Notes: generated from the sequence alone by a model not told the origin. A DNA stretch of 62,673 nucleotides from a virus (IMGVR_UViG_3300010397_000009:1-62673); one strand, 5' to 3'. Positions 19,708 through 29,816 are shown, counted from the stretch's first letter. A program made the numbers and translations.

Positions 19708-20499
19708 TTACTCTCCCTTAGCCCAACGCCGAAGCGTCATGATGTTGTCCTGCAGGAAGGGATTCTTGATCAGGTGTTTGTAGTCCCTGATGAAGTAATC
19801 CTTCGGTCGCTGAACTGGAAGGTGGGTCTCTGTTGCGACTCGCCAGATGCCCTTGTTCACCATAGCGAGGTTATACGGGAGTGAGGTGTCGATCGAACGG
19901 ACGAACGGTGCATAGCGTCCGACAGATCGTGTTTCACCATACCACTCGGAGTTCGTACCCAGCAAGTGGATCTCGAAGCGATCGTCGTACCGCTGCTTGA
20001 CCCAGGTTGCCAGATCGATACGAACTGCCTTGCTGAACTTACTGATCAGCCAGCGAGGAATGCCCAGCGTCGTGATCCATCCGTAGCCAGCGTAGAAGTC
20101 CACCATGTCGTACAGCTCGTCCAAGGTAACGCCCTGAACAACAGCCATGTACTTAATGGTCTCGTGAACGTTCTTGAACGCTGTTGCCTTGTCTGCGAAG
20201 CACTTGACCTGGTACTTGGTCTCTTCTGCATTCTGCAGAACGTCGGGACAAACAATTTCCGACGGGAGCAAGTCCTTGGCGATTTTGAGCAACGCATCCG
20301 GGGTGACCGTAGAGCCTTCGGCTGCACCGTTGTCGAGGATGGTAAACGCACCCATACGACATGCCTGAGTATAGGCCGAGTGGTAGTCGAAGTCACTGAA
20401 CATGTGTGCGAGGGACATTTGGGGGAACACATGACCACGAGGTCCTCGCATTGGAGTTGCGTACAACCCCTTCGGAGGGATGAGGATCAGGTTGGGCAC
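19708..20499 (-). CDS. TGT/DpdA-like guanine transglycosylase (TIM barrel)
   Basis: ILDNGA, CPDV, MAVVQG, IHLLG, RSIDTS motifs resemble the TGT fold; adjacent to que genes. Confidence 0.7.
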   Translation of the reverse strand: MPNLILIPPKGLYATPMRGPRGHVFPQMSLAHMFSDFDYHSAYTQACRMGAFTILDNGAAEGSTVTPDALLKIAKDLLPSEIVCPDVLQNAEETKYQVKCFADKATAFKNVHETIKYMAVVQGVTLDELYDMVDFYAGYGWITTLGIPRWLISKFSKAVRIDLATWVKQRYDDRFEIHLLGTNSEWYGETRSVGRYAPFVRSIDTSLPYNLAMVNKGIWRVATETHLPVQRPKDYFIRDYKHLIKNPFLQDNIMTLRRWAKGE

Positions 20500-20501
20500 A
20501 T

Positions 20502-20795
20502 CTAACCTTTCATGAACGTGGACGGACCGAGCATCTCCGGCTGGTCGCCAATCAGCTTCTGTATATCGTCATTGATCATACGGAGCTTGATGTACGTGTA
20601 CATTGCATAGTTGGCGAGGCCGCATACCTGATCCATTGCTTCGATCAAGGTGTTGGAATCGAAGAACTGGAGCTGCCCGTATTCCCGCTCGCCTTCGTCG
20701 TGCTTGATCTGGCACTGTGCAAAGAAGTCAGTAGTGTACTGCTGCACACGTGCATGGAGGTCTTGAGCGGCCTCAGCAGCCGCTTCCTCACTCAT
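20502..20795 (-). CDS. Hypothetical protein, possibly all-alpha NTP pyrophosphatase-like
   Basis: GEREYG...LIEAMDQVCGLANY helix pattern; acidic motif partly degenerate. Confidence 0.45.
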   Translation of the reverse strand: MSEEAAAEAAQDLHARVQQYTTDFFAQCQIKHDEGEREYGQLQFFDSNTLIEAMDQVCGLANYAMYTYIKLRMINDDIQKLIGDQPEMLGPSTFMKG

Positions 20796-21141
20796 CGGCC
20801 TTACCAAACCTTTCTGCGTTGAACTTACGCTTCGCATCGTATGCAGCTTCGAGGTCGATACTGAACATACCTGCGATGGAGAACACGTACGTCAGCACGT
20901 CAGGCAGTTCGTCCTTGAGCTTCTCGATCAGCTGCGTTTGATCAAAGGAACCTCTGTCGAACTTCTTGACGACGTTTGCTACCTCGCCTGCCTCACCTGC
21001 AAGCCCTAGAGCATGGTGAATAACATCGTTCGCAAGGTCCGGGAACCAGTCGATGTTATCTGCGAAGGCTTCAATCGATCTATTCTTCAAAGCCTTACCC
21101 GTATCAGCAACCACCTGGACAGGTATCGTTGTTACTGCCAT
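20788..21141 (-). CDS. MazG-like nucleotide pyrophosphohydrolase
   Basis: LGLAGEAGEVANVVKK...ELPDVLTY...KRKFN. Confidence 0.9.
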   Translation of the reverse strand: MAVTTIPVQVVADTGKALKNRSIEAFADNIDWFPDLANDVIHHALGLAGEAGEVANVVKKFDRGSFDQTQLIEKLKDELPDVLTYVFSIAGMFSIDLEAAYDAKRKFNAERFGKADE

Positions 21142-21346
21142 TCGTCGTCACCTCCGAGCATGCGAGCGTAAGGATGAACGTCTGTTTGACCTCACGCGTG
21201 GTGCTGTCTTGCAGCACCCATTTCATTTCGCCGTCCTGATCGTGCTTGATGAGTTCAACTCTATCGTTGGTACGATCAAGGTATGTGCTATCCAACCACT
21301 CATGTAGAACAGCGGTAGCTGTTTCGCGAAACTCGATCGGCGTCAT
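21104..21346 (-). CDS. Hypothetical protein
   Basis: Overlap-coupled ORF in the operon. Confidence 0.55.
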   Translation of the reverse strand: MTPIEFRETATAVLHEWLDSTYLDRTNDRVELIKHDQDGEMKWVLQDSTTREVKQTFILTLACSEVTTNGSNNDTCPGGC

Positions 21347-21921
21347 CGGCGTTGTCCGATCATCTGGAGGAACTCAGCCTTCGCCGTACGAGTGTGCTCA
21401 CCGAACACGCCACGCATAGTACTCGTCGTTGTGAATGTGCCAGGAGCTTGCACACCGCGAATAGTCATGCACTGGTGTTCAGCTGACATCACGATCGCCA
21501 CACCGCGAGGGTCAAGAGCCTTCTCAAGGTAATCGGCAATGTCAGAGGTAAGACGTTCTTGGACCTGCGGCCGCCGTGCGAAATGCTGAACCACACGGGC
21601 TGGCTTGGACAGACCAACGATTTTGCCATTCGGAACGTACCCGACGTTTGCGAGTCCTGTAAAGGGAAGAAGATGATGATTGCATACGCTTGTAAACGGA
21701 ATGTCTCGAATGATTACCATGTCATCACTGTTGCTTGGGAATGCTTTGAACTTCATGCAGGCATTCGCTGCCAGATCATTTTCCTTTGCGCACGCCGTCA
21801 GTTCGCTCAACATGTGAAGGAACCGAGCTGGCGTGTCCTTACCGTGCTCGTCCATTGCAAGACCCGCGTGACGCTGCAGAAGCCGCGCCGCCAGATCCAC
21901 ATCATCATCTTCAATGATCAT
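21343..21921 (-). CDS. folE: GTP cyclohydrolase I
   Basis: DTPARF, SVCNHHLLPF, GLSK, RRPQVQERLT, HQCMTIRG. Confidence 0.95.
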   Translation of the reverse strand: MIIEDDDVDLAARLLQRHAGLAMDEHGKDTPARFLHMLSELTACAKENDLAANACMKFKAFPSNSDDMVIIRDIPFTSVCNHHLLPFTGLANVGYVPNGKIVGLSKPARVVQHFARRPQVQERLTSDIADYLEKALDPRGVAIVMSAEHQCMTIRGVQAPGTFTTTSTMRGVFGEHTRTAKAEFLQMIGQRR

Positions 21922-22674
21922 CTACATGTCCTTGTCGTTCGGCCAGAGGAGTACGTGTAGCCGCATGCTGATACCCCAACCCTCGTGCAGTGCCGCGTTA
22001 GCGATGTCGCGCGCTACTTGAGCATTGTTCTCAGCGGTTGTCCCTTCAGGCATGATCATCACATTGGAGGAATCGATTTCGATCTCCTTGACAATCCTCC
22101 TGACTTCGTCCAAGTCACTCTTTGCACGAGCGACGAACTTGAACCTAGCCTTGCCTGTACCGTTCAGATCCTTCAACACACGAGGCCGATAACGTAGCGT
22201 TCCTGGGTTGCCACTGTGCTGCAGCTTCGGCGACACGTTATACTGTGTCACGTACTTATCGAAGCCCAAGTTCGGTGACAATGTACCAGCAGTCTCGATG
22301 TGCATCTGGTTGCCGTACATGTCAAGCTGTTCGAGCAGTGGTGCGAGCTGAGTCTGTTGAAGCATGGGCTCGCCACCCGAAATGACGATCAACGTTGGTC
22401 GAGTCCGAATAGGCCAAATCGCGCACAGCTCGTTGAGCACCGTAATTGGGTGCATTTCCTTTAGGCCGTAGACAGGCTCGTTACGATCGTACTTGATTCC
22501 CGATTCGGTCTGCGCTGCCTTGTTGTCTGTGTCAGCCCAAGTGTAGGCAGTGTCACACCACGTGCAGTGAAGGTTGCATCCGTAAGTACGAACGAACAAG
22601 CAGTGCTGTCCTGCTGCCGTACCTTCACCTTGGATGGTCGGACCGAAGATCTGACTAATTCTGATTGGCTTCAA
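21922..22674 (-). CDS. queE: 7-carboxy-7-deazaguanine synthase (radical SAM)
   Basis: TIQGEG, GCNLHCTWCDT, SGGEP, IETAG, NVSPKL; likely TTG start at 22674 after GGAGGG. Confidence 0.92.
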   Translation of the reverse strand: MKPIRISQIFGPTIQGEGTAAGQHCLFVRTYGCNLHCTWCDTAYTWADTDNKAAQTESGIKYDRNEPVYGLKEMHPITVLNELCAIWPIRTRPTLIVISGGEPMLQQTQLAPLLEQLDMYGNQMHIETAGTLSPNLGFDKYVTQYNVSPKLQHSGNPGTLRYRPRVLKDLNGTGKARFKFVARAKSDLDEVRRIVKEIEIDSSNVMIMPEGTTAENNAQVARDIANAALHEGWGISMRLHVLLWPNDKDM

Positions 22675-23230
22675 TTCCCCCTCCAATACCAATCTCGGGC
22701 GTCGCTGCGCCGTCGCTACCGATAACAACTTCAACACTCCCCTCGTATTCCCATACGACGCTGAAGGAGTTGGTATCGGTCTCGTGAAGGGTGATACTCA
22801 CGTTCGTTTCGAACACTGCGCTAGCCCACTGTGCAATGAGTCGAGCAATGTTCTCAGTCGTCGGATCGTTGTAGAAGGGCACGAGCCCTGGCAGCATCTG
22901 GAAGTCAGCTGCGGTCCAACGAACCTCTGCATCACCGCTTTCCTCGGGCAGAGCGATAAGCGGTCGGCACCACGGATCACGACTGTTCAGAAGCAGCTTG
23001 TGATCGAAGTTGGTGTCGAGGTACTCTCGAATGATCTTCTTCGCTGCCCCGAACTCGATGTCACCGATAGGTGTAACTAGGACACCTCGCTCGTTGACCT
23101 CACCCTCGATGCCGATCTCGATCGTCATGCAGTGACCGTGAATCTGCTGGCACTTGCCAGGCTGATCAAACAACCGATGTGCTACCTGAACCTGGTGGCT
23201 AAACTTGACCACTTCAAGCATTGCTGCCAT
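22655..23230 (-). CDS. queD: 6-carboxytetrahydropterin synthase
   Basis: AHRL, KCQQIHGH, FDH, PTTENIA, ETD motifs. Confidence 0.92.
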   Translation of the reverse strand: MAAMLEVVKFSHQVQVAHRLFDQPGKCQQIHGHCMTIEIGIEGEVNERGVLVTPIGDIEFGAAKKIIREYLDTNFDHKLLLNSRDPWCRPLIALPEESGDAEVRWTAADFQMLPGLVPFYNDPTTENIARLIAQWASAVFETNVSITLHETDTNSFSVVWEYEGSVEVVIGSDGAATPEIGIGGGIEANQN

Positions 23231-23657
23231 CGGACTCCTCTTTCTTGTAACGCTGCTTCAGGACCTTGATGTAGTGCTCGGCCTTCTCGAGGTCTTCCAG
23301 GCCATTCTTCTTGCTGAACCGTGACACGTACTTGATGACACAACCTTCTGCGAAACCAAGTCCGTTCGCTTCGATGTACTCTAGAGGACTAATTGCCATG
23401 TCCTGATAGTGGTCACCTCCGACCTGGCTACCTCGTAGCACGTCATCGGTGTCCGCTTTCAGGCCTTGCATCTCGGTCACTAATGCCTCCAGCTTCTGCA
23501 GTTCATCGGCGGTGTGGGGTTCTGGGACGACAGGGTCCCGGGGATGCCAGGGGCAAGGATCTGGCCAAGTGGTCGCTCCTGCGTCACAACAGGACCTTCC
23601 AAGAGCTACTTCGATAGGAAGGCGTGGGCGTGGGAGGTTTCCGTCACTCCCCGGCAT
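23214..23657 (-). CDS. DUF3310 (SaV/T7 gp1.7-related) protein
   Basis: QVGGDHY, GFAEGCVIKYVSR, KNGLEDLEKAEHY; start uncertain. Confidence 0.85.
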   Translation of the reverse strand: MPGSDGNLPRPRLPIEVALGRSCCDAGATTWPDPCPWHPRDPVVPEPHTADELQKLEALVTEMQGLKADTDDVLRGSQVGGDHYQDMAISPLEYIEANGLGFAEGCVIKYVSRFSKKNGLEDLEKAEHYIKVLKQRYKKEESDGSNA

Positions 23658-24504
23658 CAGGAGCCTTTGCGGTCTTCCAGAACTCGGTGTCCATGTAGTT
23701 GGTCCCATCATAACGAGGCGCGTCGAATCGGCCAAGTGCCTCGTGAATTGCTTCGAGACGCTCGACACAGGTTCCGCAGGTACCGCAGTGGTACTCACCA
23801 CCCTTGTAGCAAGACCATGTCTCGTGGAACGGAACACGCAACTCAAGTGCACGATAAGCGATGTCAGCCTTGGTCTTGTTCAAGAATGGTGCGTAGATAG
23901 TTCCGATCGCTTCTTCTTCTGGTGCGAAGCCCAACGACTCGGCAGCTTGTGCGTACTCCTGCTCACGTCCTTGTGCAATGTGGAAACCACCACTGGTACG
24001 AAGTGTGGCAGCCTCCAGATCGTGGAAGCCTTCGTTTGCAGTGAGGATCGCTTGTTCCATCTGCGAGATGAACTTCGGGCGGCAGTCCGGGTAGATAAAG
24101 TGATCACCTGCGTGAACGCCAATACCGATCGTACGTGCCTTCTCATTGACTGCGACGCCTGCTGCGATGCTCATCATGATCATGTTCCGGTTAGGAACAA
24201 CAGTCGCCTTCATGTTCTCTTCAGCGTAGTGCCCGTCAGGAACTTCCATGTCAGAAGTGAGTGACGAGTTGCTGATCAGATTCGTGATGTTACTCAGGTC
24301 GATGATGTCGTGCGGCAGATCCATCTTGGACGCTGTAGACTGTGCGTAGTACAGTTCCTTCTTGTGCTTCTGTCCATAGTTGAACGAGATCATGTGCGGG
24401 GTCAGTCCCCGCGAGAGCATGTCGTACACAAGAACTGTACTGTCCAAGCCGCCTGACACAATGGCGACGCTGTCGCTTATGCGACCATCCCTATGCGAGT
24501 GCAT
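23644..24504 (-). CDS. queC: 7-cyano-7-deazaguanine synthase
   Basis: SGGLDS, FNYGQKH, VPNRN, YPDCRP, TWSCY, HCGTCGTCVER; no glutaminase domain; acidic insertion. Confidence 0.95.
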   Translation of the reverse strand: MHSHRDGRISDSVAIVSGGLDSTVLVYDMLSRGLTPHMISFNYGQKHKKELYYAQSTASKMDLPHDIIDLSNITNLISNSSLTSDMEVPDGHYAEENMKATVVPNRNMIMMSIAAGVAVNEKARTIGIGVHAGDHFIYPDCRPKFISQMEQAILTANEGFHDLEAATLRTSGGFHIAQGREQEYAQAAESLGFAPEEEAIGTIYAPFLNKTKADIAYRALELRVPFHETWSCYKGGEYHCGTCGTCVERLEAIHEALGRFDAPRYDGTNYMDTEFWKTAKAPDAGE

Positions 24505-26677
24505 TGTAAACCAAACCCTTTCCAACTGGTGTCTTTGTAATGAGTCCACGTTGCTCCAGAGTTACGAACACTGCCTCAGCTTCGCGCGCCGAGAGATGGT
24601 AGTTGCGCATCAGCAGTGAACGAGAAACACCTGGGTGCTTCCTGATGTGCGTTAGGATCGTATCGATCTGATGTTCCGCTGCGGACTGGCCGATGCCGTT
24701 CACCACATCGATAGCGTATTCCAACCAACCTTCTGCGTACTTGATCCCCAACAAGATGTCGTCTACGTCGATCTCGACTTCACCATCTGGGTCGCGTTGC
24801 TCACTTGCTGCAAGAAGGATCACTGCCTTCAACATTGACTTGGAAAGTCGGTCGTATAAAGGCGTCATCAGATCAGCCCTGTTACCTGCTAGGGCAAGCT
24901 TCTGTGTATCCTTCTCAAACTTGTTGTACCGTTTCCATGCTTCAGGTGTTAGATGCGCCTCCCATTTCGTCTGCATAGGTATCTTAGCACCCTGCGGAGT
25001 AACGACGATCGACATTTGGTTGTAGAAGTCGTGCATGTCGATGAGGTACTGTTTGAGTCGATCACGTTCTCTTGTATCAAGGTTAGTCGGGGGTCCAAGT
25101 GGTCGAACTTTTGCAAGGTCCGATTCAGCCGTGAGGAAAAGGAACCGAGGGATGAATCCAGAAGAGACGTGGTCAAGCTTAAGAAGTTGCTGCACTCGAG
25201 TCTTAATGCCTCCTGCAAACAGGATAAGGTTGGGGTCTCGCACTTCGATAGTTTCTTTGCGTAGCATTCGCTTTTGCAATTTGCCATCGTAGAGCTTGGT
25301 GAGGACCTCCGCCATACCCGCATAATAGTCCTTCTTGGTAATCTGCTCGATCAGACCACTGAACTCATCTCGTAGGAAGATCGATGGCTTGCCTGGACGT
25401 GTCGATAGTCCCTGCATCAAACCTTCGATCGATCCATCTGTTGCCATGATGCTATCGGAATCCACTTCAGCCAACAAGTCCATTGCAATATCCATCGCGG
25501 TTGATTTACGTGTCAACGTCGTATCGGCTAGGATCATGAACCAGATGTTAGGCTTAATGTTTCCGAACGATGTTGGGAGGAAAACGTTTCCACTTAGTAG
25601 TGCACTGAGAATGATGAATGCGCCGCCTTGATGATACTGTGTTGCTGCATCACCTAACGAACTTGCCCAGTCAATGTACTCTTCTACGAATGTACGCTTC
25701 TCTGTTACTCGTGCGCGCTCTTCATCTGTAAGAAGCTGTGTATCCTCCAGGGGAACAACGATCTGAACCTTTCTTACGTTTTCAAGATGCCTTCCATAAG
25801 CTCTGCAAACGTCCTGCCACACATGGTCGTTCCCTAGTCCATTACGTCTGAACTTGTTACAAGCTGCATCGCGAACAACTACGTATACGTCTTCCTTATC
25901 CATTCCTGCTTCGTAGCAATCCATCTCAAGTGCAAAGAGCACCTTTGACCAATCACCTATTGGCATCTTCTCGAACGCGGTCCAGGTACTTTCCTTCAGC
26001 TTGAGGCGGAAGACCTCCATAGCTTCTCTACCCGTACCGTATCGAGTCCTATCTGGCATCGGGATCTTTTCGTAGTCCGTAAGGCTAACCTCGGGGAATA
26101 CGGAAAGCTCTTCGACGGAGTATGCCAACCCCGGGGACCCCAACAGCTCAACCACCACACGCCCGGTTTCATTTGCAAGGTGTGTGTACTTGTGGTTCGT
26201 AGTCCCAGGGACGCGAAGCAACTGTGTCAGGTCCCAACCTGATCGGTCGGCGCCCTCGTCTGCGTAGTGATACGCAATTCGTTTGCTGATGTCCATCGCT
26301 GTGCGAGGGTCTGTTCCACCCTCTACCAACCAAAGGGCCTGATACCGACCAGGCGACGATTCTACTAACAGCGACGGTTGAATTTCTAGGTTGTCTGGAC
26401 TACATTCATCCAGGTCCGCCCACACCGAAGGACAGATTGCAACGTTGTCCTTCCTGATTTCTCTTGACTTGAATATCTGGGGGCAGTAGTACACATCCTG
26501 CTCGCTGTTCTGCAGGCCTTCCATGTAGCGGACGAAGTCCTCCATTTGCCGAGGTAGTTCGAACCACATGTGCGACATACTGTCCTTAGCATCTGTGTTA
26601 CGCTGCAGTCGAGCTACGACAACCCAACCTGCATTGTTTCCATATGCTAGGCGAAAAAAAGTGTTAAGTGATACCAT
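24491..26677 (-). CDS. DNA primase/helicase: RepB'-type primase domain + DUF3987-like ATPase
   Basis: VWADLD, VESSPGRYQALW, LLRVPGTTNHKY; RKSTA, GSIEGL, RDEFSG, SGFIPRF. Confidence 0.85.
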   Translation of the reverse strand: MVSLNTFFRLAYGNNAGWVVVARLQRNTDAKDSMSHMWFELPRQMEDFVRYMEGLQNSEQDVYYCPQIFKSREIRKDNVAICPSVWADLDECSPDNLEIQPSLLVESSPGRYQALWLVEGGTDPRTAMDISKRIAYHYADEGADRSGWDLTQLLRVPGTTNHKYTHLANETGRVVVELLGSPGLAYSVEELSVFPEVSLTDYEKIPMPDRTRYGTGREAMEVFRLKLKESTWTAFEKMPIGDWSKVLFALEMDCYEAGMDKEDVYVVVRDAACNKFRRNGLGNDHVWQDVCRAYGRHLENVRKVQIVVPLEDTQLLTDEERARVTEKRTFVEEYIDWASSLGDAATQYHQGGAFIILSALLSGNVFLPTSFGNIKPNIWFMILADTTLTRKSTAMDIAMDLLAEVDSDSIMATDGSIEGLMQGLSTRPGKPSIFLRDEFSGLIEQITKKDYYAGMAEVLTKLYDGKLQKRMLRKETIEVRDPNLILFAGGIKTRVQQLLKLDHVSSGFIPRFLFLTAESDLAKVRPLGPPTNLDTRERDRLKQYLIDMHDFYNQMSIVVTPQGAKIPMQTKWEAHLTPEAWKRYNKFEKDTQKLALAGNRADLMTPLYDRLSKSMLKAVILLAASEQRDPDGEVEIDVDDILLGIKYAEGWLEYAIDVVNGIGQSAAEHQIDTILTHIRKHPGVSRSLLMRNYHLSAREAEAVFVTLEQRGLITKTPVGKGLVYNALA

Positions 26678-26713
26678 CTCACCTCCTTCACGGCCTAAAG
26701 GGGGAATAGAGAA

Positions 26714-26754
26714 GTGGAACGCCTCCGAAGGGGTTAAGTACGGAGGCGTTCCAC
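26714..26754. terminator. Perfect 14-bp stem-loop after the SSB gene
   Basis: GTGGAACGCCTCCG / CGGAGGCGTTCCAC. Confidence 0.6.
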
Positions 26755-26766
26755 CCGTACTACATG

Positions 26767-27321
26767 TTACGGCTCGAGCGAGCTAGCCTGGGAGACGATG
26801 CCACCCCGGCCACCACCCTTTGCCGGCCAGTAGCCCTTGACGACGGAACGGGCGTCGTAGTCCTTGCCCGTTTCCTTGTCGTGGCGTGCCGGCTGGATGC
26901 GAACGTTGATGCCGACAGGCTGGCCGATGATCTCTTCGAGCTGCGGCACACGGACCGAGCCCGCGTTGATGTCATAGCCGAGAGCCTTCATCAGGCCGCT
27001 CAGGGAGTACAGTGCGCCCTCGAACAACATGATGTTGTCGAAGATGCTTGCGCCAGCCTGCGGCTGACCTTCCTGAACCTTGAGGCGGAGCTTCCAGTAC
27101 GGCTTGCCCTTGTTCTTTGCGGACTGCGAGAACGCGACCTCGCCCGAGAAGATGGTGGCGAGATACCGGCCAGGCTTCAGCTCCTCGAAAGAAGCTTCCG
27201 CTTCCTGCTGGCTGAAGTTGACCCGAAGGTCGCCGAGGTCGACACCGCCAGTGTCAACATCCTCGTCGGCAGCCCAGGTCTCGCCCTCGGGCATGAGGTC
27301 GGTTTCGGTCACGTCGGTCAC
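26767..27321 (-). CDS. DUF669-like single-stranded DNA-binding protein
   Basis: FEELKPGRY, NKGKPYWKLRLKV, IFDN, LIGQPV-like motifs; follows Sak4-like ATPase. Confidence 0.75.
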   Translation of the reverse strand: MTDVTETDLMPEGETWAADEDVDTGGVDLGDLRVNFSQQEAEASFEELKPGRYLATIFSGEVAFSQSAKNKGKPYWKLRLKVQEGQPQAGASIFDNIMLFEGALYSLSGLMKALGYDINAGSVRVPQLEEIIGQPVGINVRIQPARHDKETGKDYDARSVVKGYWPAKGGGRGGIVSQASSLEP

Positions 27322-28106
27322 AGTGAATCTCCGATCATCTTAGTGTACAACTGTTCCATGGTGGGGTCAACTACGATGCGAGGCAGTCTGTCAGTTCGAT
27401 CCTTGGCCGTGATCCTGTCAGTAGCTGCAGTCATCAAAAGGCGATGTTCTTCCTTGATCTTGTTTCCCGCGTCGTCCTCCTTTTCAATATCCTTGACATA
27501 CATGTAGGCAACCACGTCGAAGAACCCCGCGATCTGCTTCTTGAGCTTCCCCGGCAGATCGGGAGCCTTCTTGATGATGCCTGTCTTATCATCCTTGTCA
27601 TCCGCGAGGTGGCAAGTCATGATAAAGCTTAGTGGCAGATCGCGGAAGCCTCGAACAAGGCGACGCACCTGCTCTGATGTGATGCCCCACTCACGAACGC
27701 TGGGCACCTCTGGATCACGTTCTGCATCCTTGGCGATCACCTTCTCCATGATACCTGACATGGAGTACTTCTGTGCCTCTGTAGCCGTGTCCAGAACGAG
27801 GGTGTTGAAGCCGTGATCTGGATTCGAGAAGAGGTCAGTGTAGACGCTGATCAGATCGGTCCAGGTCGTAACGCGGATCCGTTGAACGTTGGGGTACACT
27901 TCCTTTGCAGAAAGGGCACCGCCGTCCACGTCGAGGATAAGCACGTCACGCATTGCTGGGACCTGGTCAGCAGATGCCGCCAACCGAGTCTTACCAACAC
28001 CGGGGTCACCGTAGATGAGCATGTTCAGATGAGGGGCGAGATCGGCAACCTTGGTGATCTTCAGCCCGCCAATGGAAGTGGGGGTCAACCGGGCGGGAGC
28101 AGTCAT
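27318..28106 (-). CDS. AAA_24/Sak4-like ATPase (recombinase)
   Basis: IYGDPGVGKT, LVLDT, FFDVVAY, AKDR. Confidence 0.88.
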   Translation of the reverse strand: MTAPARLTPTSIGGLKITKVADLAPHLNMLIYGDPGVGKTRLAASADQVPAMRDVLILDVDGGALSAKEVYPNVQRIRVTTWTDLISVYTDLFSNPDHGFNTLVLDTATEAQKYSMSGIMEKVIAKDAERDPEVPSVREWGITSEQVRRLVRGFRDLPLSFIMTCHLADDKDDKTGIIKKAPDLPGKLKKQIAGFFDVVAYMYVKDIEKEDDAGNKIKEEHRLLMTAATDRITAKDRTDRLPRIVVDPTMEQLYTKMIGDSL

Positions 28107-28363
28107 TTGCGCAGGTCCTCCAGATCCAGAATCTTACGGCGCTCGATATCAATGTTCATAACTTCGGTCACATAGAAGTGCGGACAATCAAACGGCTCTG
28201 ACTGCTCGTAAGCCGCTTGGATAAGCTCCTCAGGCTGGATCTCCTCGTCTTCGAGTTGCGCCTGGGTGATCTCAGCAGGCGAACCGTTTTCGGGATTCCA
28301 GGCCTGTGTGTCGGTCTCATCGACCTCTTGGTACGTGACTATGACGATCTTAAGCATTTGCAT
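28103..28363 (-). CDS. Acidic hypothetical protein
   Basis: Coupled ORF in the recombination operon. Confidence 0.55.
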   Translation of the reverse strand: MQMLKIVIVTYQEVDETDTQAWNPENGSPAEITQAQLEDEEIQPEELIQAAYEQSEPFDCPHFYVTEVMNIDIERRKILDLEDLRK

Positions 28364-28364
28364 T

Positions 28365-29720
28365 CTAGCCTACCGAGGGTTTGTCAGTGGACGGGAGGGC
28401 AGTTTCATAGTAGAGTTTTGTTCGCTTCTCAAACAGAGAATCGAGCGTGAACTGTACATCTTCGCCTCGGTTCATACCAAGGCATGGTTCCCTGAACGCA
28501 CAAGTCGAACAAGAGAACCGACCGGGGTTGGGATACACCCGGAGATTAGGATCCGTCAGGTCAAGAGCTTCCAGCGCAAGCGTTTGTCCCGCTTGGATCA
28601 ACTCTTCTTGCGACCGGTGGATGATATGCCTCTTGTAGCTGGTTGATCCCTCCTCTTTAAGGTACTGGAGGAATTCGTCGTACCCACCTTCGGCAAACAT
28701 ACCGGGGTCATTTTCTTCTACGACCTTCTTGTAGGTCTCGTAGTCGAACCCAGCTGACTTGCTCGTGCTGAACAACAAGCCCTTCCGACGATGCTTCATC
28801 GGCTCAGGCTCAATGACCATTACCTTCTTGATCTCGTGGTAGATGAACCCAGCAACATCGATGCCGAGCAACCAGAGAGCGTAACAGTATGAAGTGATCT
28901 GATCATCGAGATAAAGGTAGTCGTCAGCTGCACCTGGATCACCGGTTGAAAGCCGAGCTGCTGTCTTCCAGTCCACGATCCAGTAACGACCATGACGATC
29001 TTGGAAGATGGCGTCGATGCGACCGCCTAGGGTTACTGGAAGACCCTGCCACACCTCTTCACGGTAATGTGCCTCTTCATTGATCGAAGGGTTCTCCGCG
29101 TGAATACGTTTCCAGTTAACTTCTTGCCACGTATCATGATGCTTAATGCCCTCTGCTGATGCCTTCCACTTAGACCAGCAGCGGTGGCACTTACACCAGA
29201 TGACGGTAGCTGAACTGTCAAAAGGCCCATTCGGGGCTCGAAGGACGATCGGGACCTCGAACGACGTCTCGACTCCGACAGGACGATACTCTGCGTCGAT
29301 CTCGTACGAGACCTTGAACATGTTCTGCAGCATGGCTTGACCAAGCTCGACGCGCTCGTTGTAGTCGGCCTCAACTTCGGGATTCATTTCCTCGAACTCG
29401 TTGATGCCTTGAGCACGGATCTTAGCCAGGTACTCCTTCTTCTGCCGTTCACACTCAAGCATGAACACACGAAGAGTTTCCAGCTCGCGGCTTGCGTCGT
29501 CAACACCCCATGCATTCGGATCGAACCAATGTTCCATCGCCTTGTGAAAAGCGATACCGAACTCGAGAGGCTTAGCCGTTACTGTTGGGTAGTACAGGTC
29601 TCGATAGATCCAAGCCCAACGTCGACGACAACCACGAAAGCTTTTACGTTCCGATACGTGAATACTGTGTACAAGGTCTGCTTCGATATACTGATCAACA
29701 GTACTAAGAATCATGTGCAC
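28365..29720 (-). CDS. Cas4-like PD-(D/E)XK exonuclease
   Basis: CRRRW, FGIAFH, GRIDA, IVDWKT, QITSY, C-x2-C-x5-C. Confidence 0.88.
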   Translation of the reverse strand: MHMILSTVDQYIEADLVHSIHVSERKSFRGCRRRWAWIYRDLYYPTVTAKPLEFGIAFHKAMEHWFDPNAWGVDDASRELETLRVFMLECERQKKEYLAKIRAQGINEFEEMNPEVEADYNERVELGQAMLQNMFKVSYEIDAEYRPVGVETSFEVPIVLRAPNGPFDSSATVIWCKCHRCWSKWKASAEGIKHHDTWQEVNWKRIHAENPSINEEAHYREEVWQGLPVTLGGRIDAIFQDRHGRYWIVDWKTAARLSTGDPGAADDYLYLDDQITSYCYALWLLGIDVAGFIYHEIKKVMVIEPEPMKHRRKGLLFSTSKSAGFDYETYKKVVEENDPGMFAEGGYDEFLQYLKEEGSTSYKRHIIHRSQEELIQAGQTLALEALDLTDPNLRVYPNPGRFSCSTCAFREPCLGMNRGEDVQFTLDSLFEKRTKLYYETALPSTDKPSVG

Positions 29721-29754
29721 TTCCCGTTATTCTATTATGGCGGCAATTACTTCT

Positions 29755-29816
29755 ATTATACTCTTAGCCACTTAGTAAGACAAGCTGGCAATTTTAGTTT
29801 CAGTTGGGTCAATTTT
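29755..29816 (-). promoter_or_regulatory. Sigma70/HrdB-type promoter with two upstream AAAATTGMC boxes
   Basis: TTGTCT-N17-TATAAT on - strand; boxes 21 bp apart. Confidence 0.75.

Noticed and set aside
28365-29720. CRISPR-Cas system suggested by the Cas4-like gene
   Set aside because: No repeat-spacer array or other cas genes seen; the context is the usual phage exonuclease-Sak4-SSB recombination module
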